Counted from the stretch's first letter, positions 1 through 8,934 are shown. The stretch is 62,984 nt of DNA from an uncultured bacterium (GCA_903861715.1 CAIOVI010000052.1:1-62984), one strand, 5' to 3'. The notes: a model not told the origin generated them from the sequence alone. Numbers and translations are program-made.

Positions 1-120
1 ACGGAAGGGTTGAATTCCAAGATACAATCCATCAAAGCCAACGCCAGAGGATTTAGAAGTTTCCAAAATTACCGAGTTGCAATTTTATTCCATTGTGGAA
101 AGTTGGAACTTTACCCATAA
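1..120 (+). CDS. ISL3-family-like transposase, C-terminal fragment (truncated by window edge)
   Basis: Frame 1 reads TEGLNSKIQSIKANARGFRSFQNYRVAILFHCGKLELYP*. The EG-N-KI--IK--A-GFR-F-N-R pattern is typical of ISL3 (IS204/IS1001/IS1096/IS1165) DDE transposase C-termini. Confidence 0.5.
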   Translation, partial: TEGLNSKIQSIKANARGFRSFQNYRVAILFHCGKLELYP

Positions 121-255
121 CATTTCCCGAAGAACCAAAATGATAAGCAAGGAAAAAGAATACGAAAGACTATTGAGAAGTTGAGTGAGGTTTTTAAATA
201 CATATAGGAATATTGATGGAGTTTTATCAATAGCGGATATAAAAAATACTAAAAT

Positions 256-350
256 TTATTTCATCAAGATTTCTGCTATTTCCCTTGCGCATTTTTCCCA
301 GGAAAATCGTTGCACATTTTCAAGGCCTTTTTAAATGAGGTCTTTTTTAA
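256..350 (-). pseudogene. Remnant copy of the last ~31 codons of the glycosyltransferase gene
   Basis: The reverse strand reads KKDLI*KGLENVQRFSWEKCAREIAEILMK*. The intact gene end (1689-1783) reads KKDLIEKGLENVQRFSWEKCGREVAEILER*. The nucleotide match is near-identical over 281-349 versus 1714-1782. Confidence 0.65.
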
Positions 351-440
351 AATCTACATAACTTTATTCTAGCTAAAGAACTTTTGTTAGAATAATGGAA
401 CTTTTTATTCTAGTCATTAATTAAAGTTTGTATCCAACTA

Positions 441-469
441 TTGACATAATGCATACAAGCTAGTATACT
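441..469 (+). promoter_or_regulatory. Sigma70-type promoter for the Fic gene
   Basis: TTGACA (441-446), 17 nt spacer, TATACT (464-469). This places the transcription start after the ATG at 470 and so favours the ATG at 503. Confidence 0.5.
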
Positions 470-502
470 TTGTATACATTTAAAAATAGATGCCAACAAA
501 CT

Positions 503-1660
503 ATGCCAAACATCAAAATTGGGCTTAATGTAAGCCAAAAAGAAGGATTTAAAGCTTTTACTCCCGCACCTTTTCCGCCAAGAGAAGGCTTTAATTTTGA
601 CCAAAAAATATTAAAGAAGAACACCGAAGCCACTCGGCTACTAGGTAAGTTAGATGGGATTACTAAACTTTTACCCGACTGCGATTTTTTTCTTTTGATG
701 TATTTACGAAAAGATGCAGCATCTTCAAGTCAAATCGAGGGAACAAAAGCAACCATGATAGATGCCATCACCGCCGCAGTCAAACTTGATATGAAAAATA
801 TGCCAGCTGATGTTGATGATATCTTGCACTACATCAAAGCACTCAATTATGGAATGAAGAGGATGACCGACGATAATTTCCCGATGACACTCCGCTTTAT
901 TCGTGAATTGCACAAACAATTGATGCACAAGGCGCGAGCAACTCACTTCTCCGACCCAGGTGAATTCCGCAAAAGTCAAAATTGGATCAGTGGCACGCGT
1001 CCAGACAATGCTAGTTTTGTGCCTCCAGTTGTTGCTGATATGCAAAATGCACTGCATGATTTGGAGAAGTTCATCCATACCAACGATACCATACCGACCA
1101 TAATCAAGGCAGGACTTATTCATGCGCAATTTGAAACGATCCATCCTTTTTTGGATGGCAACGGAAGAACTGGCAGGATGCTGATCACCTTTTATCTTTG
1201 GAAAGAAAACTATCTGGAAAAGCCTGTTTTATTTCTGTCTTCATTTTTCAAAAAACATCAGCAACTTTATTATGAAAAACTTTTCAATTATCACCATGGA
1301 AATATTTTTGCCTGGCTAGACTTTTTTCTTGATGGTATTATTGAAATCGCCAATGAGGCAATCAGTATTGTCGAAAAAATAACGCTACTACGCCAACAAG
1401 ATACCATGAAAGTTCAGCAACTGGGCAAGCGTGCTTCGGAAAGCGCGACTATTGTTCTAGTAAAATTATACAGTCAACCAATTGTAACCATCGATATCAT
1501 CCAAAAGTGGACTGGGTTCACTCGGGCTGGGGCTCAAGCAGTTGTCAACAGATTCATTGAGATGCAAATTTTAGCACCGAAAGATAAGCACAAAAAATAT
1601 GGGCAAGTCTATATTTATCAAGAATATGTGGCTATTTTTAATGGTGATGAAAAATGTTAA
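503..1660 (+). CDS. Fic/DOC family protein (AMPylase-type Fic with N-terminal inhibitory motif)
   Basis: Fic active-site motif HPFLDGNGRTGR. An upstream SSQIEG matches the (S/T)xxxE(G/N) inhibitory helix. The ORF-track ORF is 470-1660. Confidence 0.9.
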   Translation: MPNIKIGLNVSQKEGFKAFTPAPFPPREGFNFDQKILKKNTEATRLLGKLDGITKLLPDCDFFLLMYLRKDAASSSQIEGTKATMIDAITAAVKLDMKNMPADVDDILHYIKALNYGMKRMTDDNFPMTLRFIRELHKQLMHKARATHFSDPGEFRKSQNWISGTRPDNASFVPPVVADMQNALHDLEKFIHTNDTIPTIIKAGLIHAQFETIHPFLDGNGRTGRMLITFYLWKENYLEKPVLFLSSFFKKHQQLYYEKLFNYHHGNIFAWLDFFLDGIIEIANEAISIVEKITLLRQQDTMKVQQLGKRASESATIVLVKLYSQPIVTIDIIQKWTGFTRAGAQAVVNRFIEMQILAPKDKHKKYGQVYIYQEYVAIFNGDEKC

Positions 1661-1688
1661 CTTGCGACTTGAATTATTTCTGCCGTTC

Positions 1689-2948
1689 CTACCTTTCCAA
1701 AATCTCCGCCACCTCCCTTCCGCATTTTTCCCAGGAAAATCGTTGCACATTTTCAAGACCTTTTTCAATAAGGTCTTTTTTGAAAGATTGATTTGAAATT
1801 ATTTCATGAATAGCTTCAGCGATTTCTGTGGGACTTTGGGGATTGACCAAGAGCGCGGAAAATTCAGGAAGGTTCAACCTTCGGTGCTCCGAAGGTTTAG
1901 CCTTCGGGCACGTGATTTCTGGTATGGAAGAATTGTTCGAGGCTACAACTGGGCAACCCACACTTTGGGCTTCCAAAATTGGAATGCCAAAACCCTCATA
2001 CTGCGTCGGAAAAACAAAAACTTCCGCCTTTTTCAAAAGCTCCCATTTCTCCTCCTCAGAAACAAATCCCAACGAAATAATTTGGTTATTGTATCTTGTT
2101 TCTTGTATCTTGTTTTGGATTTTCTCAAATCCGAAACCGGGTTTTCCTGCCAAAACTAATTTATGTTCAAGTTGGTATTTTTCTTTCAGAATTTCAAAAG
2201 CCTTGATAATATTTTCAACATTTTTTCGCTCTTCAATGCGACCGAGGAATAACAAGAAAGGCGTGGAGCACAAATCATGGAACATGGAACATTCTTCGTC
2301 ATCGCGAGAATTTTTGTAATCGAAAATTCGTGGCGATCCAGCTTTCAATAGCGCCCTGGATTGCTTCGCTTGATTACAAGCTCGCAAAGACAGGGATTCG
2401 CATTCTGTATCCTGTTTAAATGTTTTGATGTTTAAATGATTAGATGATTCGTATCCTTCATACACCACCTCGATTTTCTCTTCTGTAACTTTGTATAATT
2501 TCATCAAATCTTTCTTAGTATTCTCTGAAACTGAAATTATCCTGCTTGCCCATTGGCAAGATTTTCTGATTGAGACTCGCATGTAAATTCTTTCCCAAAG
2601 AGAATAAGCCTGGGGGCAAAATTCATATTCCAAACCATGAATCGTGACAACGGTTTTCTTTGGGTGTATTAGTGGCACTGTGTGAGCAGGAATGAACAAC
2701 GCCTCGATTGGATGAAAAAGCATTTCCAGTGAAAGCCCGCCTTGGGTCCAAAAAAATGGCCAGTTAATAACCTTAATTTTCCAATTTGCAGGAATTTCAA
2801 AATCAACGGTTTGATTTTTTCTGAGATACAAGCAAACCTCAAAACAACTCAGCTGATCCCTGAGATTTTTGATAACTTGATATGCATATTCCTCAATTCC
2901 CGTCCGTTTTTCCAAAAACGCCCGAGAACCGTCGATACCAATCCGCAT
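1689..2948 (-). CDS. Glycosyltransferase family 1 (GT4-like) carrying several repeat-derived inserts
   Basis: N-terminus MRIGIDGSRAFLEKRTGIEEY. C-terminal GT1 core FLLFLGRIEERKN...FVFPTQYEGFGIPILEA. Inserts are described in the findings. Confidence 0.85.
   Translation of the reverse strand: MRIGIDGSRAFLEKRTGIEEYAYQVIKNLRDQLSCFEVCLYLRKNQTVDFEIPANWKIKVINWPFFWTQGGLSLEMLFHPIEALFIPAHTVPLIHPKKTVVTIHGLEYEFCPQAYSLWERIYMRVSIRKSCQWASRIISVSENTKKDLMKLYKVTEEKIEVVYEGYESSNHLNIKTFKQDTECESLSLRACNQAKQSRALLKAGSPRIFDYKNSRDDEECSMFHDLCSTPFLLFLGRIEERKNVENIIKAFEILKEKYQLEHKLVLAGKPGFGFEKIQNKIQETRYNNQIISLGFVSEEEKWELLKKAEVFVFPTQYEGFGIPILEAQSVGCPVVASNNSSIPEITCPKAKPSEHRRLNLPEFSALLVNPQSPTEIAEAIHEIISNQSFKKDLIEKGLENVQRFSWEKCGREVAEILER
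2298..2391 (+). repeat. 94-bp palindromic element, copy 1 (inside the glycosyltransferase CDS)
   Basis: gtcatcgcgag...cgtggcgatccag...ctggattgcttcg...ctcgcaaagac. The nested inverted repeats gcgatccag/ctggattgc can be read directly. Confidence 0.85.
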
Positions 2949-3022
2949 AACATGGAGCGTGAAACTCGTAGCGTGAAACGAAACAAATTCACGTTTTGCG
3001 TTATGCGTTACGAGTTACGCGA

Positions 3023-4030
3023 TTACTTGGCTAACATAATGGTGCGTTTGTAAACTTCCAGATTATCCAACGCAATTCCAATCCCTTTGATGACACAAAA
3101 AAGTGGATCATCTGCGACGTAACAAGGCACGCCAATTGTTTTGGTGATAAGTTGATCCAAATTTCGCAGCAGCGCTCCACCCCCGGAAAGAATCATGCCT
3201 TTGTCCATAATGTCCGCGGCCAATTCCGGTGGAGTTTCTTGGAAAACTTTTTTGATGGCGTTAATCACTTCGCGCAATTCATCTTGCAGCGCTTCCGTGA
3301 TTTCATTGGAAGAAATTTTGATTGTCTTTGGCAGCCCGCCCATCAAATCGCGGCCTCTGATTTCCATATGCTCTTCTTTGACTTGTCCAATGGCACTGCC
3401 AATTTCTTTTTTGATGTCTTCAGCCGTGCGGTCACCAATAGCCAGGCCATATTTTCTTTTGATGTAGTCTGAGATGGCTTGATCAAAACGATTGCCACCC
3501 ACGCGGGCGCTGTGCGCTGCCACAATGCCGCCCAAAGAAATCACTGCAATTTCCGAAGTTCCACCGCCGATATTGATGATCATATTGCCCTGGGCGTTGT
3601 GAATTGGGATGCCAGCGCCGATAGCAGCCAGCAGGGGTTCTTTGACCACATACGCTGATTTGGCCCCAGCCTTGACCGCTGCATCAATCACCGCGCGTCG
3701 CTCCGTGGAAGTCACACCCGCCGGAATGGAAATCATAATCTCAGGACGCACAATTCTGATTTTGCCCATCACTTTGTTGATGAAATATCTGAGCATCGCT
3801 TCCGTCACGCGATAATCTGCAATCACACCATCTTTCATGGGACGAGACGCAATAATATTGTCTGGAGTTCTGCCAAGCATTTCCCTGGCTTGATTGCCCA
3901 CCGCCAAAACCACATTTTCCGTCGGCGAAACAGCCACCACCGATGGCTCATTAATCACAATGCCTTTACCTGGGACAAAAACCAGGGTGTTAGCCGTGCC
4001 CAAATCAATTCCGATTTTTCGTATAAACAT
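3023..4030 (-). CDS. mreB: Rod shape-determining protein MreB
   Basis: IGIDLGTANTLVFVPGKGIVINEPSVVAV and the actin-fold motifs NIGGGTSEIAVISLGG. Confidence 0.95.
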   Translation of the reverse strand: MFIRKIGIDLGTANTLVFVPGKGIVINEPSVVAVSPTENVVLAVGNQAREMLGRTPDNIIASRPMKDGVIADYRVTEAMLRYFINKVMGKIRIVRPEIMISIPAGVTSTERRAVIDAAVKAGAKSAYVVKEPLLAAIGAGIPIHNAQGNMIINIGGGTSEIAVISLGGIVAAHSARVGGNRFDQAISDYIKRKYGLAIGDRTAEDIKKEIGSAIGQVKEEHMEIRGRDLMGGLPKTIKISSNEITEALQDELREVINAIKKVFQETPPELAADIMDKGMILSGGGALLRNLDQLITKTIGVPCYVADDPLFCVIKGIGIALDNLEVYKRTIMLAK

Positions 4031-4039
4031 GCCATTTTT

Positions 4040-4129
4040 CTTCCCGCCCTTTATTGATTTTAAAATAAAAGACGAAGCATAATAAATTCAAATTAAATAC
4101 AGCTACTACTCTTGCCTAAAGGGCGGGAC
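4040..4129 (-). repeat. Long hairpin in the mreB 5' region
   Basis: Arms cttcccgcccttt (4040-4052) and aaagggcgggac (4118-4129) enclose ~65 nt. The same architecture lies upstream of nusB (13941-14038). Confidence 0.6.
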
Positions 4130-4142
4130 TAGAAAAATGAGC

Positions 4143-4256
4143 ATCCCGCACAAATTCGCTAGCAAAACTTTTGAGTATATTTTAATAAAGCCGATAGGCG
4201 TTTAGTTTAACAAAACAATTTATTATTCGCAATCTCTCATGAATTTGTTGCGGGAT
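4143..4256. repeat. MITE-like element with CCCGCACAAATTC-type terminal inverted repeats, copy 1
   Basis: atcccgcacaaattc...gaatttgttgcgggat. The internal ~90 bp recur at 4970-5062. Confidence 0.8.
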
Positions 4257-4297
4257 TTCAGATGAATCAATAATCAAAAGTCAATATTCAATATTTT

Positions 4298-4403
4298 TGT
4301 CATGCTGAACTTGTTTCAGCATCTATTTTCTTAATCTCACAATACTGCCCGTAACTGAGATCCTGAAACCCTCCAAAGGCGGACAGGCAAGTTCAGGATG
4401 ACA
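4298..4403. repeat. MITE-like element with TGTCATNCTGAA terminal inverted repeats, copy 1
   Basis: tgtcatgctgaac...gttcaggatgaca. A second copy lies at 6857-6968 (tgtcatcctgaa...ttcagaatgaca). Confidence 0.75.
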
Positions 4404-4405
4404 TT

Positions 4406-4858
4406 TTAGAAATTCAAACCACTCAAATCGCCATTTAGAACAATTGGTTTCATATCAATAATTTCATCCACATAATGCATTCGCTCGCTTCGCGCTGGAA
4501 CAGGATTGAATAAAAATATTTTTTTGCCAAAACCATAAGCAAAACCCATTTCCATCAGCGCATTGCCACCAATATAACCATCAATGCCTTTTTTGCTTTC
4601 ATTTAAAACAAGAATCGCATCTGAGTTTTCAATATAGTCCCAATATCTTTTTATCAAATCAACGTCTTGCGCTTTTCGCATCAGAATATCACCATCTTTC
4701 GCCTTAGCAGTCATAAATTCCTCAAAAGTCAATTTGCCATCAATAATCTGCTGAGTGAAGTATGGAATGTTAACACTATGTCCCAAATTTTCCAAATCTT
4801 TTTTGAGCTCAATAATTTTTGGCGTGAAATCCACGCTTGAACAAATTGTGATTTTCAT
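4406..4858 (-). CDS. Nucleoside 2-deoxyribosyltransferase-like protein (putative)
   Basis: 150 aa. The pattern SDAILVLNESKKGIDGYIGGNALMEMGFAYGFGKKIFLFNPVP resembles the Nuc_deoxyri_tr2-type fold. No search was run. Confidence 0.4.
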   Translation of the reverse strand: MKITICSSVDFTPKIIELKKDLENLGHSVNIPYFTQQIIDGKLTFEEFMTAKAKDGDILMRKAQDVDLIKRYWDYIENSDAILVLNESKKGIDGYIGGNALMEMGFAYGFGKKIFLFNPVPARSERMHYVDEIIDMKPIVLNGDLSGLNF

Positions 4859-4969
4859 AATGATATAAAAAAGTTAAATCTTGTCGGTTCAATGTCTTTG
4901 ACTTGAACCGCATTTTTCTTAATTTCCAGAACCATTTCGATTCAGGTCGGAGACACTGAACCGACGCTG

Positions 4970-5062
4970 AAAACTTTTGAGTATATTTTAATAAAGCTGA
5001 TAGGCGTTTAGTTTAACAAAACAATTTATTATCCGCAATCTCTCATGAATTTGTTGCGGGAT
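4970..5062. repeat. CCCGCAC-type MITE-like element, copy 2 (left end missing)
   Basis: aaaacttttgagtatattttaataaagctgataggcgtttagtttaacaaaacaatttatt...gaatttgttgcgggat is nearly identical to 4163-4256. Confidence 0.8.
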
Positions 5063-5071
5063 TTCCATTTT

Positions 5072-5479
5072 TTACAATTCATTTTTAAACTCAGCAACTT
5101 CTTCTTCCATTTCAACTTCATCATTTTCTATGGGCATAATATTATGAGGTTTTTCGATTTTAAAATATTTTACAATTTTCCCAATTTCTTTGGCAATTTT
5201 TATTTCCGCCAACACCCCATCTGAAACAGCTCCGAAAACCCAGATTTCATCAGATCTTTTCACGAGATTATTATTCCCTTCTCTGACCAAATCGCGGTCG
5301 ACACTATCAAGCAAAAAATAATCGAAAATCATAAAAGGATTCAATGGAACTTTATGTTGCTCAATAACATATTTAGAAATATGCATGCGATAATAAAACA
5401 AATGTTTTGACATCGCAGTATAAACCAAACTTTTATCTTCAGTTAATTCCAATGCTTCATGCTTAAATTCTTTTCCCAT
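5072..5479 (-). CDS. Hypothetical protein, possibly DUF4406/deoxyribosyltransferase-like
   Basis: 135 aa. SDEIWVFGAVSDGVLAEIKIAKEIGKIVKYF resembles the Rossmann-like C-terminal motif of that superfamily. The support is weak. Confidence 0.3.
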   Translation of the reverse strand: MGKEFKHEALELTEDKSLVYTAMSKHLFYYRMHISKYVIEQHKVPLNPFMIFDYFLLDSVDRDLVREGNNNLVKRSDEIWVFGAVSDGVLAEIKIAKEIGKIVKYFKIEKPHNIMPIENDEVEMEEEVAEFKNEL

Positions 5480-5516
5480 ATAATTTTACTAGTTACTAAT
5501 TACTAGTTACTGTTCA

Positions 5517-6824
5517 CTATTTACTCTTCTTCTCAATCCCTGCTCCCAACCTCTGCAATCTTTCAACCAGATTTTCATAGCCTCTTTCAATGTGATAAAC
5601 ATCCCTCAAGACTGATTTTCCTTTGGCAGCCAACATTGCCACCAAAATGATAGCCCCCGGACGCAGGGCTGGCGGGCTGGTCATTTCAACTCCGGTCAAT
5701 TTTCTGGGTCCTTCAATCAAAACTCGATGTGGGTCCATCAGTTTCACTTTAGCGCCGAGCTTGTTCAGTTCCGTGAAATAAATTGCCCGATTTTCATAGA
5801 CCCAATCATGAATCAAGGTTTCGCCTTTGGCCACAATGGCCACCGGCACAAAAAATGGCAAGTTATCAATGTTGATGCCAGCGGAAGACGGCAAGGGATG
5901 AATTTTTTCTTCCAAGGCCACGAGCTTGGATGAAAAAGTTTTCAAGTCAACCAAATTTGTTTTTCCATTGCGAGCCAGATACTGCTTGGTGATTTCATAT
6001 TTGAAACCCATTTTTTCCAATTTCAAAAGTTCCAGTTGCAAAAAATCAATCGGACAGCGCTTGATCAAAAGCTCACTGCCACTGCTGGCGGCAAGGGAAA
6101 GAAAAAACATTGCCTCAATCGGATCTTCACTGATTTCATATGCCACCTCCTTGTTGATGCTGTCCACGCCTTCAATTTCCAAATTGCTCGTGCCAACGCC
6201 TTTGATTTTGACACCCAATTTTTCCAGAAAAAAACAAAGATCCTGAACCATGTAGTTCGAAGAAGCCAAATGAATTTCGGTTTTGCCTTTGGTTTGAGCC
6301 GCAGCTAGCAGCAAATTTTCCGTCACCGTGTCGCCAGTTTCATAAAGCACGATATTTTTGCCAGAAAGTAGTTTTCCAACACTGACCGCAAAACCGCCAG
6401 CTTGCACTTTGATTTTCACACCAAGATTTTCCAAAGCAAACAAATGCGGTTTGATGGTGCGACTGCCAAGTCGACATCCGCCAGCTTGCGGAATCACATA
6501 GCTTTTCAGCTGTCCAGCCAAGGCCCCAATCAACATAATGATTGAACGAGTTCTTTCAGCAGCTGCTCGATTGATTTTCTCAACGGCTATTTTCTTGGGC
6601 GGAATAATGGTCAGGTCGCGACCATTTTTTTCAAATTTCACGCCAATGCTTTCCATCACCTCAATCAACCGATTCACTTCTTCAATTTGAGGCACATTTT
6701 TCAAAACCGTTTTGCCTTTGTTAATCAAAGAAGCCATCAGCAAAGCCACAGCTGCGTTTTTTGAACTGTTTACAATAGCCTCACCCCTGAGTTTTTTCCC
6801 GCCTTGAATTTCAAAATATTCCAT
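5517..6824 (-). CDS. murA: UDP-N-acetylglucosamine 1-carboxyvinyltransferase
   Basis: MEYFEIQGGKKLRGEAIVNSSKNAAVALLMASL. The start is taken at the ATG at 6824, whereas the ORF-track ORF extends to 6854. Confidence 0.95.
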   Translation of the reverse strand: MEYFEIQGGKKLRGEAIVNSSKNAAVALLMASLINKGKTVLKNVPQIEEVNRLIEVMESIGVKFEKNGRDLTIIPPKKIAVEKINRAAAERTRSIIMLIGALAGQLKSYVIPQAGGCRLGSRTIKPHLFALENLGVKIKVQAGGFAVSVGKLLSGKNIVLYETGDTVTENLLLAAAQTKGKTEIHLASSNYMVQDLCFFLEKLGVKIKGVGTSNLEIEGVDSINKEVAYEISEDPIEAMFFLSLAASSGSELLIKRCPIDFLQLELLKLEKMGFKYEITKQYLARNGKTNLVDLKTFSSKLVALEEKIHPLPSSAGINIDNLPFFVPVAIVAKGETLIHDWVYENRAIYFTELNKLGAKVKLMDPHRVLIEGPRKLTGVEMTSPPALRPGAIILVAMLAAKGKSVLRDVYHIERGYENLVERLQRLGAGIEKKSK

Positions 6825-6856
6825 ATAAATCGAATTAAACCAGCAAGCAACCATCC

Positions 6857-6968
6857 TGTCATCCTGAATTTATTTCAGGATCTCGTATGCAGGCAGCTTT
6901 CTGAAATAAAAATAGCAGATTCTGAAACACGACAGCCATGCGGCATCGCTATGGAGTTCAGAATGACA
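6857..6968. repeat. TGTCATCCTGAA-TIR MITE-like element, copy 2
   Basis: tgtcatcctgaatttatttcaggatc...ggagttcagaatgaca. Confidence 0.75.
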
Positions 6969-7174
6969 AAAAAAATTAAATTACGAGTCTAGTTATTGCT
7001 CATTTTAGCCATTAATTAGCCTTAAAACACCCCCTAAGCCTATAAAGGTAGTATATTTCAATTCAGGTTAAATTTCAAGCCCTGGGAGCTGATTCTAGAA
7101 TTTAGATTTTGGATTATAAAATTGGCAAATTTCGCAAATCAAAAGACTAAGGCCCCACTAAGATACCGATGTGC

Positions 7175-7283
7175 AAAAAAATAAAACGTGACACATCTTG
7201 TCGACCGTCAACTTCTGTCACAAAAATTTTCAAAAATAAAACGCGACACATCTCTGCGACCGCAGACTTCTGTCACAAAAAAA
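7175..7283. repeat. Tandem pair (~56 bp) of the 'gacagaagtctgcg/cgcagacttctgtc' hairpin family
   Basis: aaaataaaacg[t/c]gacacatct...cttctgtcacaaaaa occurs twice. A perfect version is at 40193-40226. Confidence 0.75.
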
Positions 7284-7366
7284 TCAGACAAAGAAAAAAG
7301 CCGAACCATGTTTTATGTGTTCGACTTTTTTCATTTTCGTTGAAATGAAATTTTTAAAAAAACTCT

Positions 7367-7645
7367 TCAAAATCGTATTTCCATATCCATTTCCTCATTG
7401 ATTTCGCCTGCCTTATGCTTAGCGATAATTATGGGAAGAGCATTGTCCTGAAGCCAAAAACAAAAATCTTCAATTTTTGTTTCGATACTTTCCAAGTCTT
7501 GCCATCCTGACTTGTTGGCTAAAACAACTAAGTCATCTGAATATTCTTCTATTGTTTTTAAATCTCCCAAGTTTAAAAAATTAGTAAATTTTTCAGTTAT
7601 AAAAGCAGCCAACTTTTGTCCCGTTAACGATTTTGTTTCATCCAT
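7367..7645 (-). CDS. Hypothetical protein (92 aa, acidic)
   Basis: An ORF only, with no recognisable motif. Confidence 0.4.
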   Translation of the reverse strand: MDETKSLTGQKLAAFITEKFTNFLNLGDLKTIEEYSDDLVVLANKSGWQDLESIETKIEDFCFWLQDNALPIIIAKHKAGEINEEMDMEIRF

Positions 7646-7804
7646 TTTATATTTAGTATTTTACTGTTAAAGAAGACTGCTTGAGTTCACGTTTTTCGTG
7701 AACCTTAATGAGGATTTCTAATGACCTTCAAGTTAAGACTATTAAACGCCACAATAACTGCTTTGTCAATAATTTTAATATTTTAGCTAATGAAAATTTT
7801 ACCC

Positions 7805-7833
7805 TTGACTGACAATCCAATTTATGCTAAAAA
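7805..7833 (+). promoter_or_regulatory. Candidate promoter
   Basis: TTGACT (7805-7810), 17 nt spacer, and an extended -10 TGcTAAAAA (7825-7833). Confidence 0.4.
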
Positions 7834-7878
7834 TTGAATAATTGTATCCTCCTCTTTAACAATCTAGCCCACCCTGCC

Positions 7879-8865
7879 ATGACAAGCCAAGCAAACACCA
7901 ACTCTGCAGAAAATCTTCTGCCATATTTCATCGAACAATTGCCTTCGCTAGCTAAACGCTTAAATCTAAATGGGTCAGAAGATAAGCTAAAGTGCTTAAT
8001 CTTAGAGGCTCATAAAAAAGAAAAATCTTTGCGTGGAAAACTAGGGATCGCTATCAAGTCTACCACAGAATCAAGAGCTTTGGCCCATTTCCTGATGGAG
8101 CATCTTCTGCCCGAGGGTCCGACTCCTATCGAAGGAGAAGAACACTTTTTCTCAGCTGTCCAGCATTATTGCAGTGGCGGAAGAGTTATTTTTGTTATGA
8201 ATCACAATGCTGTCGCTGATAGCGTTTTCTTGAACTTAGAAATAGAAAAACTTTTAGCCAAGCGTCCACCTGAAGATGCAATCTCATTTGTTTTGACCTG
8301 GGTGGCTGGCAGAAGAGTCTATAATAATCCCCTCATGCTGACATTTTCCCTGGAATCAAATATGATTACTGTTATTGGTGACAGGTATGCAGAAGAAGCT
8401 AGAACTCAAGGCTACTTAGGCGAAATGAGAAGACACAACGCCAGCGCACTAAATTGGATGGCAGAAAATGCTGTGCCTTTAGCTGTTTTTGCAGAAGGTT
8501 CTTGGCATAACGACGGACAATTACATTGGGGAAGCCCAGATGCAGCCAATGTGCCATATGTAGTTGCCAAAAAAACAGGCCAGGATCCACTGATTTTAGC
8601 CTGTCACATTGATGGCATTCATAACATGGTGCCACCATCTGGAAAACCTGGGGATGATTTTCACCGTATTGTAGAAGTTCTCACTCCTGCCCCAGTAACA
8701 TTGCGTTTTAGAAAGCCAAGAAAATGGAGTAATTTTGTTTCTGAAGTGCCAGGGAAAGAACAAGATCAATTTCAATGGCTATCAAATGCAATGATGCGAG
8801 AAGTGGCAAAAATCGCACCTCCTGGAACAAGAGGAGTTTTTGAAAAAGAACTCCTGGGCTTCTAA
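7879..8865 (+). CDS. PlsC-like (lysophospholipid) acyltransferase family protein
   Basis: HX4D motif in VMNHNAVADSV and a later FAEGSW block. The start is taken at the ATG at 7879, downstream of the candidate promoter. The ORF-track ORF starts at 7834. Confidence 0.5.
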   Translation: MTSQANTNSAENLLPYFIEQLPSLAKRLNLNGSEDKLKCLILEAHKKEKSLRGKLGIAIKSTTESRALAHFLMEHLLPEGPTPIEGEEHFFSAVQHYCSGGRVIFVMNHNAVADSVFLNLEIEKLLAKRPPEDAISFVLTWVAGRRVYNNPLMLTFSLESNMITVIGDRYAEEARTQGYLGEMRRHNASALNWMAENAVPLAVFAEGSWHNDGQLHWGSPDAANVPYVVAKKTGQDPLILACHIDGIHNMVPPSGKPGDDFHRIVEVLTPAPVTLRFRKPRKWSNFVSEVPGKEQDQFQWLSNAMMREVAKIAPPGTRGVFEKELLGF

Positions 8866-8888
8866 ATCATCGATTATTTTACTTAATC

Positions 8889-8920
8889 GCCCCGAATTTA
8901 AATTTTGATTCGGGGCTTTA
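8889..8920. terminator. Bidirectional hairpin terminator
   Basis: gccccgaat-ttaaattttg-attcggggc followed by ttta. It lies between convergent genes. Confidence 0.6.
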
Positions 8921-8934
8921 TCATATCTAAAAGA

